A stretch of 64,000 nucleotides of DNA, from positions 384,028,001 to 384,092,000 of the forward strand of contig OZ024741.1 of NCBI GenBank assembly GCA_964016885.1, in the 5' to 3' direction. A program made the position numbers and the translations under genes. Under the pieces are notes generated by a model. That model was not told the DNA's origin, searched no databases, and saw only the letters and a program-made list of their open reading frames with translations. Below, in pieces: positions 26,082-41,562 of this stretch (its first letter is position 1; the number at the start of each line of letters is the position of its first letter). This DNA comes from Eledone cirrhosa. Its lineage: Eukaryota.

Positions 26082-27310
26082 ATGCGAGGTGTGTCAGAAA
26101 TGAAACAGGACAAGGGTGCCAAAAATATTTCAAATTCTAACTACAAACTATAAGTTTTCCCCTTCGAAATAATGCCCCTCGAGTCTAAGGCACTTCCCAT
26201 CCTTCTCCGCCACGCTTCCATGCACTCCTAGAAGGATTCTCTCAGGATTATCCGCGGTTCCGTCGTCACGGTCGTCTGTATGGCTTCCACGTCAAGAAAA
26301 TGGGTCCCCTTGATGATCCACTTGAGCTTGGAGAAAAGGAGAAAAATCACACGGAGCCAGGTCAGATGAGTAGGCAGGTTGTTCCAGCACGGCGATGTTC
26401 TTTTCAGCCAGGAACTACCGGATGCTCAGGCTGTTGTGAGCCGGCGCATTGTCGTGGTGAAGCAACCACGAGTTGTCCGACCATAACTTTCGCATCTTCT
26501 CGCGCATTGAACGAAGCAAACACCTCAGGATCTCTTTGTAGACATGTGTTGTCTGATCATCTGGCTCTGTGGCAAGAACTCTATGTGGACGATGCCCCTC
26601 ACATTGAAGAACGCGATCAACATTAGTTTGACTGTCTTGCTTTCTTCGGCCTCGGCGACTCTGAAATCAAACAATGAAGGCTCTGGTGCTTAGTCTCAGA
26701 GTCCTACTTGAAGATTCGTGACTCATCACCGGTGATGACTCTCCCCAGCAAGTCTGGTTCTTTTTAAAGACGCTCGAGGACGTCCTCACTCATCTGCATG
26801 CGCAGCTCCTTCAGGTCATCATTCAGCGGCTTCGGCACCATTTTCGCACAGATCTTCCGTATGTCCAAATCTTCGGGGGTCATCTTCCAAATGCTGTTGC
26901 AGTTCATGCCCAGCTCACTTGCAATCAGTCGAACAGTCAGCCGACGCGCGCTCAACGTTGGTCTCAGTCTTGTTTGTTGAAGATCTTCCGCTTTTAGGGT
27001 CGTCTTCCACGCCCTCGCGTCCCTCTTTGAACCTTTTCTTCCACTCGAAAACCCGTAAGCGCGACATCATATCATCTCCGTACACTTGCTGCTGTATTTA
27101 GAATGCTTCTGATGGAGTTTTCCCCAGCTGGACAGAAACTTCAGGCTGGTTTGTTGCGCTGTGCCCATTGCTTGATAGCCTAAAATTAAGGAACTGTTAA
27201 CAAAAAGCACGTGAAAAAGCATACAACGGCTGCAGAGAGCTGAGATTGCAGTTATATACTTTCGGATATTACATCGCATGATGACGCAACCCGCTAATCC
27301 CTACCCCACT
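26082..27310 (-). mobile_element. mariner-like DNA transposon, decayed
   Basis: RRLTVRLIASELGM...RKICAKMVPK (WVPHEL-linker region), VITGDES at ~26740-26720 and HHDNAPAH at ~26460-26437. Left end TATGCGAGGTGTGTCAGAAA resembles a mariner TIR; no matching right TIR found. Confidence 0.85.
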
Positions 27311-27333
27311 CATAGTTCACAGAGCAGACAAAG

Positions 27334-28760
<1,427 letters not shown>

Positions 28761-28944
28761 CTCTAATTTATGAAAGTACCCGGAAAAATCCCGTATCTCA
28801 GGAACCCGTGCTCCGATTTACGCGAAACTTCTTTTATTCCATTTGTATTCTCATTTCAGGCTCAACTTCCTTTCAAAGCATTTTCCCATTATGCGCCCTT
28901 TTGACTCTATTACATTATAGACAAGAAAGCAACCACAAAATATA

Positions 28945-29063
28945 ATAATTGTTTCTACGTTAGGCACAAGGCCAGCAATTACCCAGTACATTGCTGGTAC
29001 TTTATTTTATCGACCCCGTAAGGATGAAAGGCAAAGTTAACCTCGGCGAGATTTGAACTCAGA
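28945..29063 (-). mobile_element. SINE family A 3' half
   Basis: Reverse complement of the family A core and tail. Confidence 0.8.
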
Positions 29064-29829
29064 TAATAATATATAGATATTAGGCCTGGATGTGAGGGTA
29101 AGACGTTCTCTTCATAAACACATGATTCAGGTTCGGTTCCACTTCTTGACACTTTGAGCAAATAACCTCTATAACCTCGGCTTCATTTTGTGAGTGAAAT
29201 CTGGTAGGTAGTAACTGCCAGTCTATCGCGTGTATATATATATATGTGGGAGGGGGGTGTATGTGTAACTGTGTATGCTCCCCGTACCTAAGTATGTGTG
29301 TGTTCGTATGTGTGTGTGGGTCTTTAAACTCCCAAATGTTGCCGTGTACCTTCAAAGAGGATTATGAAACGAATTATTGTGAATATGAGATCCGACCTTA
29401 AATCACTTTGATGTCTTTGAACTTTGAACCAATCATATAAATATATGATATATACGAGATATATTATAGTAAATACATAAAACGTTATATTTTATTGATA
29501 TGCGAATGTTAATACTATAATAGAGCTTCATATCTTGATGTCTATATGCATTATATATACTGATATTAATAATATAATATTCATATGGGACAGAAGAATT
29601 TCAGATCTCAAAACGTCATGTCTTACACTATATAATACAAAATAAGTAAACATAATTCATATACATTTATACTGCCAAAAATTCTATGAATATTCACATA
29701 CTACACTTTTTGTTGTTGTTATTTTGTTGTTTTTTGTTTGTTTGTTTGTTTTGCTTTTTGCTTGTTCTTTTGCGTCTCGTTTCTTTTATAAAACACAGAA
29801 CAACATTTTACAATTAATTATATATGTAT

Positions 29830-32800
29830 GATTAACCATTCCACTCTTCCTTCACTAATGACTGCTTATGAAATGCATCAAACTGTGAGATCGCAATGTC
29901 TAGAGTCCCATACGAATATGTATTTCAATATCTATACATACAGATTGTTTTTTTCCAATATATTTAGGTGTTTGTCTGTACACACAATCTCCTGTGGTAA
30001 TGAAATTGAGATAACAATGCGTATGTCTGTCTTTCTGCGCGCGCGTTCATCCGTATGCAAACATTCATTTACATATATATTAAAACTGTGCAGAATTTTC
30101 CGATTTTACAGTTAGTAAACTGTTGCCTATTTAGAAAATTTATGCATGCGATATTTAGTGAGTTACTTGAGATATTTTTACAATCAAAGAAAAAGTATCA
30201 GAAAAACGAAAGCTTATCATAAATGATATTGTAATCACAACGGAGAATACTATAAGAAATACAACTATACTTTCAACAAAGATGCATTTCAATAAGAATA
30301 TGTCAAACTATCGGGAACTGTCAAATATATTCTGCGTTTTGCCATTGGAATTAACTGAAATATTGCAACGGATAGAATATTTGAAAGACTGGACCTCAAA
30401 ATGAACATAGGATTTTTAGAAAATTTATAGATAAGCTACTTTCTTATGACAGAAATGGCATCATTTAGCATAGATGAATATAATTTAAAGAAATGTTTCT
30501 CTGAAAATATTAACCATATGATATTTATATATCAGGCTTGTCTTTGCAGCTTTCTATCAAATTCAAAATATTATTCAATAACTTTATATTTTATTATTCA
30601 GATCTTATATTTACTGTTGCCAATGTTCTTGAGACAGCATTGAAATTATAGCTATACATTCAGAAGATCCATTGGGAATATTAACCTCTGAGGGAATGAG
30701 ATATGAATATTATAGGATATGTGGACAACATATTAAGTTTAACTTAACAATAAACACTGGAAAATATTATGAAACTAATTTTGTATAATCGTGAAATTGG
30801 CGGCTTGCCAGTAAAGATACATTCGTATTTCTCCATCGATACAAATGTAAATTGATGTTTGAAGTTGATAAAACATTACAGAATTGGTTAAAACCTGAAC
30901 AAAATGACAGTTTAGAATATGATCGCTATTTACAATCATTTTTGTAGTCATTTTGAGCTCAGGATTTTGTGGAAATTCAATGGGGATTTCATTTTGAAAA
31001 GAAAAACTGTTTTTTGGTGAATAATGGAATTATCTGAGAGAGAAAAAAAGAAGAAAGAGAGACAGTGAGAAATATAACAAGAATTAATTGGCTAAAGTGG
31101 CTAAAGTGGTGACTGATTGATATAAGTATATCGAACTAGGATATTAAACTAACAAATTGCATGTATTAATAAAAGTAACCGTTACAATTTCAGTTGTACA
31201 AATGTTTCAAAGTATTTATATACTGTTCAATACTTTTCACTCAAAACCATTAACCACTCAGTAATTCTAATATATTGTGAGTATGTGTGAGATGTCTAAA
31301 ATTGAAGCATCCCCGGAGTTATCATTATACCTATCAAAGATCAAACTCATTCCCCTATGCATATCTCCAGTTTTAATCAATTCTAATTTCGGAGTTGACT
31401 CCCTTGCCATTCTTGACAAGAATTATCATTAACGCTAATAATTTTCCTTGCGTTACGAGTAGAATTTCAATTTATTAAAAATTATTTTTGATTACTATAT
31501 TAAGCAGCTTAACCAACTCTTAATACAATATCTTTTTAAAAAGTCTGTTGTTCTTCAGTCTCTAGTATCAAATTTATATATCTATGAGTATGTAAATGTA
31601 CATTGTCAAATAGGTATTTTTCATTTATTAATTTATGACCAGCAGGTTGAGTGACTGCATAAAGGTTCCCTCGTAAAGGAAGTATAATCCTTTACTAAAA
31701 ATCTTTTCTAAGTGAAATCACTATTTGGATTGCGTAAGCCTACATCTTTGAATTGCGAATTCAAATTTCTTTATCAAAATGCAATTCATGGAATTACAAA
31801 ATAGATTATGTAGAATAAGTTTTGGTGTTTAACTAATGCAATATTTTATATAAGTACTGAGTAGTTTTTATACCTACCAGAAGTGAATACTATTAGCAAT
31901 CATATATTTTTACTCACTAGACAGCTGCCAGACTTACAAATTATAACGCAGCTGATTTCAAATATATATGAGGAAATAAGCTGGAAAAGTAATAAGCTGA
32001 CGTGTTGGAATAGTGGTTATTTCTTTCCCTTGTCAACATTGAATTAACAGAGTAGTGAAATAAATCGACGTAAAAGTTGGTTAAAAACATCTTCTTGGAA
32101 TAACAATCAAGGCCACATAGTAACTATAAAAATGTCAAAAAACTTATGAGAAGCATAAATTTCATTCCTGACTTGATTCTTTAACATATCTTTTCATCGT
32201 GCTCCTAATTTAAGAGAATATTCTTCTAATTTAAGTAAACAATGCCGTCTACATAGAGGAAGTAGACTGGCTTGTATTGGCTAAGTAAGAAAGTAATAAT
32301 AAAAAATAATGTTAGAACAGGTGAGATCAATACTCCACTAAATTGAAGTTATATTTAGAAGCTCTTCGTAAAGAAGGAAAGATAAATACTATCTTTTGAC
32401 TAACCTTCTTATAGCTCATAATATGAAAATGTTTTTGTCATATTGTTAGTGTTTTTTTCTGTAAGCAGAGTGCTCTTACAGATTTTTCTTTGTACATTTA
32501 AGATTGCTTTAGCAAAAATTAAAAGTCATGGAATTTCGCCAATTCTTTTCAATGGCTTGCACAGATTTCAAGTGTATGTAACCTTTGGTATAATTATATT
32601 TAATGAAATACCAGAACATTTTAGATGGTTGTAATTTTCGTCTGCAAAAGAAGGAGACTCCAGATATTTTCCACAAGCATAATTATTTTTAGTATCTATG
32701 ATATAGCAATTCATTTTAAAAGTACTGACTTAGTCGGTTTGATCATAGTAGTCAGAACACTTTAAGAGGCTTACATACAAGAACTCCCGCTTATGAAGTT

Positions 32801-33250
32801 TGTAGTAACTTTGCTCTATTTCTTGTCAATATATCTAATTAAATAGAGCCTATTGTGGAAACGAATCAGGATTTTATTTTATAAACAATTCAGAACCCGA
32901 GAAATTTAGTTGCTGATCTACGATAGCATAGGTAATCAAAATAACCAAATCTGGGATAAAAAAAAAGCAAGATTAAAAAACGTTATTGTATTTTAGGAAA
33001 TGTTAGTGTCATCTATGTTTTAAGCAAGAGCCCTTTGTCAAGAGAGTTATGACTAAAAAAATGCAAACAAAAAAAAAAGATAATTGAATAGAAAAGTTTT
33101 ACATACATTGTTGAACAAACACGATTTGCAATGGCAGAATGGACGAAGACAGGGATACCTGGTTTCTGGATGAAGCAAGTGAAAGTCTCTCGACCAAGCG
33201 TAGAAAGAATACAGAATGAAGTGAAATGCAGGAACAAGCCGTATGCATTT
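29830..33250 (+). pseudogene. One or two decayed Toll-like receptor (LRR-TM-TIR) remnants
   Basis: LRR-like: FERLDLKMN, FHRAPNLRE (32192), ISPILFNGLHRF..FNEIPEHF (ORF 32443), QNTLRGLH. Juxtamembrane/TIR-like: FVFLHRYKCKL...LEYD (30822-30923), VILSSGF..QW..FE (30947-31000), EW......FWMK (33137-33175). Confidence 0.5.
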
Positions 33251-33383
33251 ATGAGCTTGTGGATAGAAGAAATCACGATAATATATATTCGTATATATAC
33301 GTATATATGTGTGTATGCGTGTTTTTAAGTGTGTATGAGAGAGGGTGTGCGAATGTAAGTATGTGTATATATGCACATACACA

Positions 33384-34500
33384 CATGATGGCTGAAACTC
33401 AATTTCGAGTAATGCCATCGCTTGATACTTAAGTATGAGCATCACCGACGTGGCTTTTTAGTCCTGCTAGGGATTGCCTATGGCCAGCAATACAATGCCT
33501 CGCAAAAAATATCACATATCAAGCGGTACCTGTGTTTAAAGCTTTTTTAAGTGAGGAAAGGCTTTTTACAGAGCCAATCCCACTCTCTGAACATCAAATG
33601 CGTTTACCCAGAAAGAAGAACTGGTCTACACCATTGGATGTAAACGAAGTCACAGGTTTTATATCAGACTGACCTTCTCCTAGAGAGAGATATATTAATG
33701 AAGACTAGGAGTCTCTCACACCACAAAAAAATCTTTATTGGATATCCGCTGACACTCCTGAGTTCCTCCGCCCTTTGAGGGGTTTTTGTTTTTTTCATAC
33801 CGCAGGGTGTCGAAAATCACGTTCTTCACCAAACAAGGTTGATGGGGTTCGGTTTAGTCGCCGACGACCAGACCATGCTCATGTTGTACTGGGTTACATG
33901 TTACCAGTAGTGCTGAAAAGCAGCCTGACATACATACATATATACATACATTCATACACACACACATACATATATGCATGCATGGATACATACATACATA
34001 GATACATACATGATGGCTGCCCCATCGTTATCAAGTATGGCCATTGCATGATATACCATTATTAATAATTATTAATTAATTCTATCGTGCAATGCCTGTG
34101 CGTGAAGATATTTTTTAAAGTGAGGAAAGACTGTGCACTGAGCCAATCCCATTCTCTGAATGACAGTAGCTATAACCCGAAAAGAAGAAAAGATTAACAT
34201 CATCGGTAAATACTGAGCCGCAGGTTTTATATCGGAGTTATCCCAGTTTCCTGAGTTGCCTTCTCCTAGAAGAATGCCCTGACAAAGGCTAGGGGTCCTT
34301 CACTCCCAGTGGTTTAACCGCGCGGTACATGTGTATATACATATTTACACACTTTCGGATGGCTGTTGACTCTTATGAGTTCTTCCGCCCTTTGTCAGGT
34401 TTTGTTTTTTTTTTGTCCTGCAGAATGTCCCAAATCACCCTCCTCACCAAGTAAACTTGGCGGGGTTGTCGGTTTAGTCGCTGATGACCTGACCATGGAT
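33384..34500. repeat. Two diverged tandem copies (~33384-33880, ~34008-34500) of a ~490-bp repeat, probably a LINE (RTE-like) 5'-region relic
   Basis: Shared AAGTGAGGAAAG..GAGCCAATCCCA, CTTCTCCTAGA and GGTTTAGTCGC..TGACC motifs; (CATA)n flanks. A third, inverted copy lies at 46401-46850. Confidence 0.65.
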
Positions 34501-34699
34501 ACATACATACCTGAATATATAGAAATATATATGTGCGTTAGTAAGAAGGAAAGAACGAGCGGTTGGCAATAGGACAAGCTTGAGTGACGACAGTAACATA
34601 TGTGTGGTAGCTGGTAGGTAGATCTGGATTGTTAAAATTTTATTTGGAGAGGGGACCAAAGAAAGCTAATGTTTTATTTATTGTAGCCGTTCCCGACCG

Positions 34700-35065
34700 A
34701 AAAATCAAATTGTTAGCGGACAATTTGGATGTAGAGAGTGCCATTTTGTTGCAAAGGTTCAAAGACAACAAATGACCAATAGATTCTAATTGGTATACAA
34801 TGGGTTTTTAATGGTCTAGTCAGAAAAGGAAGGGACGCGTCCATGAATATTTTTGAGGCTTCAATAACTAGTTGGTCTGGATGTTTGCAATAGAGTTTGC
34901 TCCGGTAAAATCACCTGGAAATAGTAGGTGGTTTTAAACTGAGCAATGAAATCAATCCATAGACTCGTTTCTCGTGATGGAGTTGCAAGAACGCCGTCGT
35001 GAGAAACGGCGTATCTTGGGATTTTAAACTTGGCGGAGCCCATACCTCTCCAGATCTGAACATAG
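34700..35065 (+). mobile_element. Possible Tc1/IS630-type transposase relic
   Basis: SPDLN (TCTCCAGATCTGAAC, ~35047) preceded by QQD.AP.H-like and WF-like debris. Confidence 0.3.
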
Positions 35066-35117
35066 CTTATTTTTTATCTAAGGAGAGAGACAGAGAGAGA
35101 GAGAAAGAGAGAGAGGG

Positions 35118-35280
35118 GGAGTATTGATCCAATTATTAGATTGGTGTTTTATTTATCGACCTCGAAACGATGAAAAGCAGTTGATCGCGGCGAGATTTGA
35201 ACTCGGGGATCAGAGAGCCGAAATAAATGCCACAACGCATTCTATCCAATGATCTAACGACTCTGAAAATGTACCGCCTA
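35118..35280 (-). mobile_element. SINE family A-related, diverged
   Basis: TTTATCGACCTCGAAACGATGAAAAGCA...GATTTGAACTC...CTAACGACTCTG. Confidence 0.65.
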
Positions 35281-35419
35281 CCAACGGATTACGTATACCA
35301 TTTAAGAACAAGAACAAGAACAGTAACTCTCTGCGAAATGTTGTCGAATCTAAAACAATATATTTGTGAAGCGAACGTTTTAAGCATATAGCGATGCTTG
35401 CGAGTGCAATGCTATAAAT

Positions 35420-37990
35420 TATTTAATCAATGTCAGTACTCCGTTTAATTTTTCATAAATGCGTTGTCATTAACTGTTACTAAGTTAATTACTTTGCAAT
35501 CACGATGTGTCAGAAACGGTATAAACATACTTTTGTAGTTAACTATCCGTGAATGAAGTGAAAAATCTTTAACCATTTCAGATTTGAGTCATTTGACAGT
35601 TTTATAGCAAATAACGCCTTAACTATGATCATGCCAAATTAATTGAAACAATACTAATTGAATTTTGATAAGAAACTAATAGACAAGGTTGCTTGAAAGT
35701 GATAAGTGACTTGCTCCCGCAAATGTAGAAGGCACCAGCTAGATTCTTATTAAATAAATATATTACGAGAGGAATGAGTAATCATCTCAGATAAGAGATT
35801 ATTGTTTTGGTTTGTTCTTTATCTGAAACTTAGCTATTTCCTTCAGATATCAGATAATATAATTTCAATATGTGAAAGTGTTTGTGAGTGGGTTTTTGTA
35901 TGCGTATTTGTTTAATAAAGAGATTTAATTTTCAAAAGAAAATTGACTCCATAATGAGAAGAATATTCCCGTTGCCAATTCTTTTCCCAGAGTCTTTCAT
36001 CGCATTAGATTTACTTAAAATATCAGTCCATCTGATATCACATCATCAATTCCAAGATACATGTATCACTCGTCTCCAGCGACAGATGAGACAATTAAGC
36101 CATCTATGCCAATGGTTTTACTTTGATTTGCTACTAACAATAAAAACTATCCTCGCCTTCTAGGAAAATAAAGCATGCTGTGACCATATATAATTTATTC
36201 TCAGTACAATAAACGTTATCAGATTTTAGCTTTGATTCGTCGACACAAGTGTAGCAGGAAACATTAATTTTGTTCTCTGTAGATCATTGGCAAAAACAAT
36301 TATAACGAAATACTGCCATCTTGAATCTGCCGAAATACCTCCAATGATAATCTGACACTATTTATGGCTACCATAGTCGCTTCAGGAATTAGATGAAAAA
36401 TATGCTAGTCAATCTTTGCAAAGCATTGAGCAATGGCTCATGTAGCTATATGTGATGGATAGAGTAAAATATCTTTTTATAGCTAAGCTTTTATGGAATC
36501 ATTATTCTACTTGCAATAATAAGCTCTGGGATAATTGCTGGCCTTGTGCCAAAAGAAGAAACAAATATTGCTACTTGCAATAAAACAAACTCGTTACATT
36601 TGCGTTTCGAACATAGTAGCTTGATATTTTAGTCGAAACAATGATTTTATTCTACGAGTGTTTCTCGACGCAACAATTGATCCGACTAAACCTGTCAAAC
36701 AACAGTTTTCAAATGATCAAAAGAAAGTACTCCGGGAGATACCTTTCGGCACAGAAATACAATAACAAAGGAAAATATTCTTCGGTCAAGTCACTTTGGC
36801 GGCACTTCATCAGACACATGCGCAGAATGTACATCTCCGAAACTACATTCGTAAATTTTCTTGCTGAAACCCCTGACAGCTAAACAACAAAGACACCCTC
36901 TGCGTACGAAATTAATCTTATCTTCAATATTTACAATACTGCAATAACCACTCTAGGCCTAATGATTAAGATGCTTGACGTACGATCGTAATGCCGTGGG
37001 TTCGATTTCTGCACTGACTGCTTCGTTGTGTTCTTGAGTAAAGCACTTTATTTCACGTTACTCCAGGTTGAGAGTGAGTACTAGCAGTAGCTGGGGAGTT
37101 AATTATGTGAAAGAGCGGCTTCCTAACCAGGGAGAGTTTTTATCTTCTCAGTCGCTTAACGCCAAGGAAACCGGGATTAAGCACCGTCCTGATAAGTCTT
37201 TAGCTTAGAACAGACTTTAACTAACTAACTAACTTAAATCATCACTCTTTATCAGGATACATTGGATGAGAGGGGCAGATCCCAATGGCAGTCACATAAG
37301 TAATGGCCAAGTGAAGACGTTGAAACTTATTTTATAATGATTTTACACAACTTTACCAGACATTTTAAATTCTGAGCTGTAACTACTGATTTATACTGAA
37401 ATGAAATTATTAGAAAGTCATTTATTTTCGAGATGTACGCTTACCATATTCGATAAATGCTCTTTGAGAACTCTTCATTGAGTTTGGAATGGGCAATCAC
37501 TCAGAGTAATGCAAACGTTTACTAGTGATCTTCTGTCTCTCTTTTTTTCAATGTCCTCAGTAATTAATACACTGCTCATGCAATGAACAAATAAACATAC
37601 AAACGAAGATGCTATCTATTTGTTAGCTAGTACCAAACGGTTATATCTTTGTATTATCTACTACCAGGCTGCCTTAACTTCAGGTCAGTTCCTACCAAAC
37701 TGTTCTATATGTCCAGTAAAGAATCAAACCTGACACATCTACAAAATAATTGGGTATTTTTCTCGGTGCATGTCGATCAAAAAATATTACATCAGCATCT
37801 ACAAGTCCTCGCTACAACAAGAGAAAATCAAAAGAACAGACTTTAAAAAAGGTGCTCTCAGTATATACATGGCTAACTAACGAATTGATGTCTCATTCTA
37901 TTCCGGTAGTTCGCAAGAATCTCTCTCCTAACATATTGGCAATGGCCTCAAATTAGCTTTGTATCTCAATCTAAACAGAGTACGTCTTCA
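35420..37990 (+). pseudogene. Decayed multi-LRR ectodomain with internal Cys cluster (TLR-like)
   Basis: LQISDNIIS, LFPESFIALDLL, LP*SLQELD, QLIRLNLSNNSFQMI (ORF 36641; clean LxxLxLxxNxF), VKTLKL..NDFTQL, IHCSCNE (37567; LRRCT-like) and FRSVPTKLF..SNLTHLQNN. Confidence 0.6.
36955..37220 (+). mobile_element. SINE family B
   Basis: GGCCTAATGATTAAG..GTGGGTTCGATTTC..GTTGTGTTCTTGAGTAAAGCACTTTATTTCAC; (CTAA)n tail. Confidence 0.7.
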
Positions 37991-38299
37991 TATTTCTTTA
38001 TTTCAAGCCTCTCTCTCTGTCTCTCTCTCTCTCTCTCTCACTTCCCCACTCTCTCTCTCTCTCTCTTTATCTATCTATCTCTATCTCTCTCTCTGTTTGC
38101 GTGTGTGGGAGAGAGAGAGAGTGGATGTGTGAAGGGATATGCGGGAGTGTGTGTATGTGTTTGTGTGTGCGTGGGTTGTGTGCATGTATGCGTGATAATT
38201 CAATTTAAACGATTTGTCTATCATTCTGGGGTATGAATTAATCAGCGTCTCTGTTATATTTAAAGCCGGAGTATCATAAATGATATCTTGCTGTTGCTC

Positions 38300-39200
38300 T
38301 ACGTGTTCCAATGTATTGTCGCTATTTATACAATGTTTTGAAACCAACTTCTATTAAACTTCACTGCTTTACTCCACTTGAGCTACTTATTAAGAAAGAG
38401 ACTAAACGGCTTCTTGGTGATACTATTATTGAGCCTTCAATCACGATGGCGATCATAAGTGCTAGTTGTAAGAAACTGGTAAAGAACGCTTTGTTATCGA
38501 ATATTCAGAAACGATAAATCACTACTACAGTCTAGATGCCTACCTACTTCCTAATATTGAAGATTTCGTGCGTTCTATTTCCTGCAATAAATTCTACGGC
38601 AAACTGGATCTGAAAGCAACATTAGAATTATTTCACTCCGGAATGACGATAAGAGAGTCACTGCATTTCAAGCTGATGGATATTTATTTCAGTTTACAAA
38701 TTTACCTTTGTGACTAACGTTGTAAGCACTTTCAAAGATTGATGGATAGCATAATTAGCGACAATAATATCAAGAGTTTGTGCGACGATTTTGTCGTTGA
38801 TAAAACTATCGAGAAACACAATTACAAACTTGGTTCAATATAATGTTGAGTTACAAAGAAACTCAACATTATATTGAACAATGTCAAATATCTTCTTCGC
38901 CAGACATTCATTCTCACCCGAAAACATTGAACCCCTTCGTTCATTACTTGATGCCTATCAACACTAAAAGAATATAACGATAGGTTTGTTTAGTTAGTAC
39001 TCTAAGTAATTATCTTTTTACCGAACTATTTCAACATCTACTAAATCACACTTTTTCGTTTGAAAAAAGAAAGGGTCTAAGTGTTAGTTATCTGCTTAAA
39101 GCTTCAATAATAAATGCTCCCTCTCACCTATTTTATTCCATTATATGTTGAAACTAATGCTCCTGAAGCTACAATTGTTCGTGTCCTTTCAGAGTCTATG
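38300..39200 (+). mobile_element. Gypsy/Ty3 pol relic (RT + RNase H start)
   Basis: IKKETKRLL..IIEPS, LDAYLLPNIEDFV, KLDLKA, TAFQADGYLFQFTNLP, FQRLMD and YVETNA (ETDAS-like). Confidence 0.75.
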
Positions 39201-39218
39201 CCTCCCCCTTCTTATATA

Positions 39219-40012
<794 letters not shown>

Positions 40013-40048
40013 AATGTGGAGTCGAAGCACACGAGTTAGGATATATAT

Positions 40049-40881
40049 ATGAAAACGGGGAGAAAGAGACGATTATTAGGAAGAAAAATATATTTTTTCC
40101 ATTTGTGTTTCTCTCTCTCTCTTTCCTGGGTTAGAAAATGATTAAAACGAAATGTTTTAACGTGAAGTGTTAAGGTATTAGTTGATTTATTTATTATTTA
40201 ACAATGGTATTTATTTATCTATTTATATATTTAATTATTGTCTATTATCGGTTTCAGCATTTTTATGCATTATCAAATGATAGTGAAATGTATTAGTGTG
40301 GTGTCGCACATGTTAAACAGAAGGTGCAGAAAGAATAATGTTATTTACAAACAAGGTTTATGAAGTGAAAAAAAAAAAAAAAACGTGTATAATGTAGAAC
40401 ATAAAAAGTCAATGTGGAAGAAAAAATAATGTTATTTACAAGCAAAGTCATTGAAGTTAAGCAGATCAAAATGTGTTAATATAGCAAGAGTGCTTAGTTG
40501 ATCCATGATTCCGTGATGGAGGCAAATGGTGGACTGGGGTTTGATATGATTTCCTTTTTAGAGAGTTAATATGCAGGGGGAGGGGGGCAATTCTTGCTGG
40601 ATGATATTTAATTTATTTAAGAAAAAGGATTAGGTAGGGCGTGAGGGAGGTAACTCTTGTAAATGTTTGATTGTTTGAAACCGGTAATAGACAATAATTA
40701 AATATATGAATAGATAAATAATGCCATTGTTAAATAATAAATAAATCAATTAATACCTTAACACTTCACACAAAGTAAAACATTTCGTTTTAATCATTTT
40801 CTAACCCAGATAAAAGAGAGAGAGATACAAAAAAGGAAAAAAATATATTTTTCTTCCTAATAATCGTCTCTTTCTCCCTGT

Positions 40882-40886
<5 letters not shown>
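40049..40886 (-). mobile_element. Truncated Penelope-like element with ~210-bp inverted pLTRs, in (TA)n
   Basis: 40049-40257 is the reverse complement of 40676-40886; hammerhead motif at the inner ends of the arms; TA-repeat flanks. Confidence 0.7.
40242..40283 (-). ncRNA. Minimal type I hammerhead ribozyme-like motif (UUGAUAA core)
   Basis: Minus strand reads CTAT-CAT-TTGATAA-T GCAT AAAA ATGC T-GAAAC-CG-ATA-ATAG; the sister arm has GAAAC-CG-GTA-ATAG (palindromic ACCGGT stem III). Confidence 0.5.
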
Positions 40887-40939
<53 letters not shown>

Positions 40940-41287
40940 AATATATAAACATGAAGTACAAAACAACAGGTTATAATTAACTTCGTTTATTCATAACCGC
41001 TGTAAAAATAAAGAAATAAATATACTACGCCTGCATTTGCTAAATCTATTTATAATTTTTCTCACGTTCAAACACTATACATATAGTATGAAGGAAAGGA
41101 AGGAATATATGGTTTCCTATATGTAGATTCCATTCATCAATACGACGAAGAAAAAGTGATAAGAAAACCTAAACTTTGTGCAAATTCTATAAGTATTTGA
41201 TGTTGTCTCAGTCGACGGCAGTCACGTTTGTGTAAATATGTACGTATATACGTGCGTGTGTGTATGTGTGCATTTATTTGTCTCTCC

Positions 41288-41318
<31 letters not shown>

Positions 41319-41344
41319 CAAAGAAGGTGTGAGAGGGAGAGACA

Positions 41345-41368
<24 letters not shown>

Positions 41369-41376
<8 letters not shown>

Positions 41377-41562
41377 AAAGCATCTACAGGACTAGAACTG
41401 TTTCACTCTACCGAGTGAAGCGGCTCTAGTCCTGTAGCAGTCTTTCTATCGAATGAAACAGTTCTAGTCCTGTAGAAGCCTTTCTATATTAAATATTTAT
41501 ACTCTGCTTTGTATTGAGTATCTTGCCTACTGTGGTTTTACCCCGATTGAACCCGGGATAAA

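Noticed and set aside
34478-34500. CTGATGA hammerhead box
   Set aside because: No GAAA or stem III follows.
29830-37990. Rescue of the LRR remnants by A-to-I RNA editing or splicing
   Set aside because: Editing cannot repair the many indels, and the disruptions are too dense for an exon-intron explanation.
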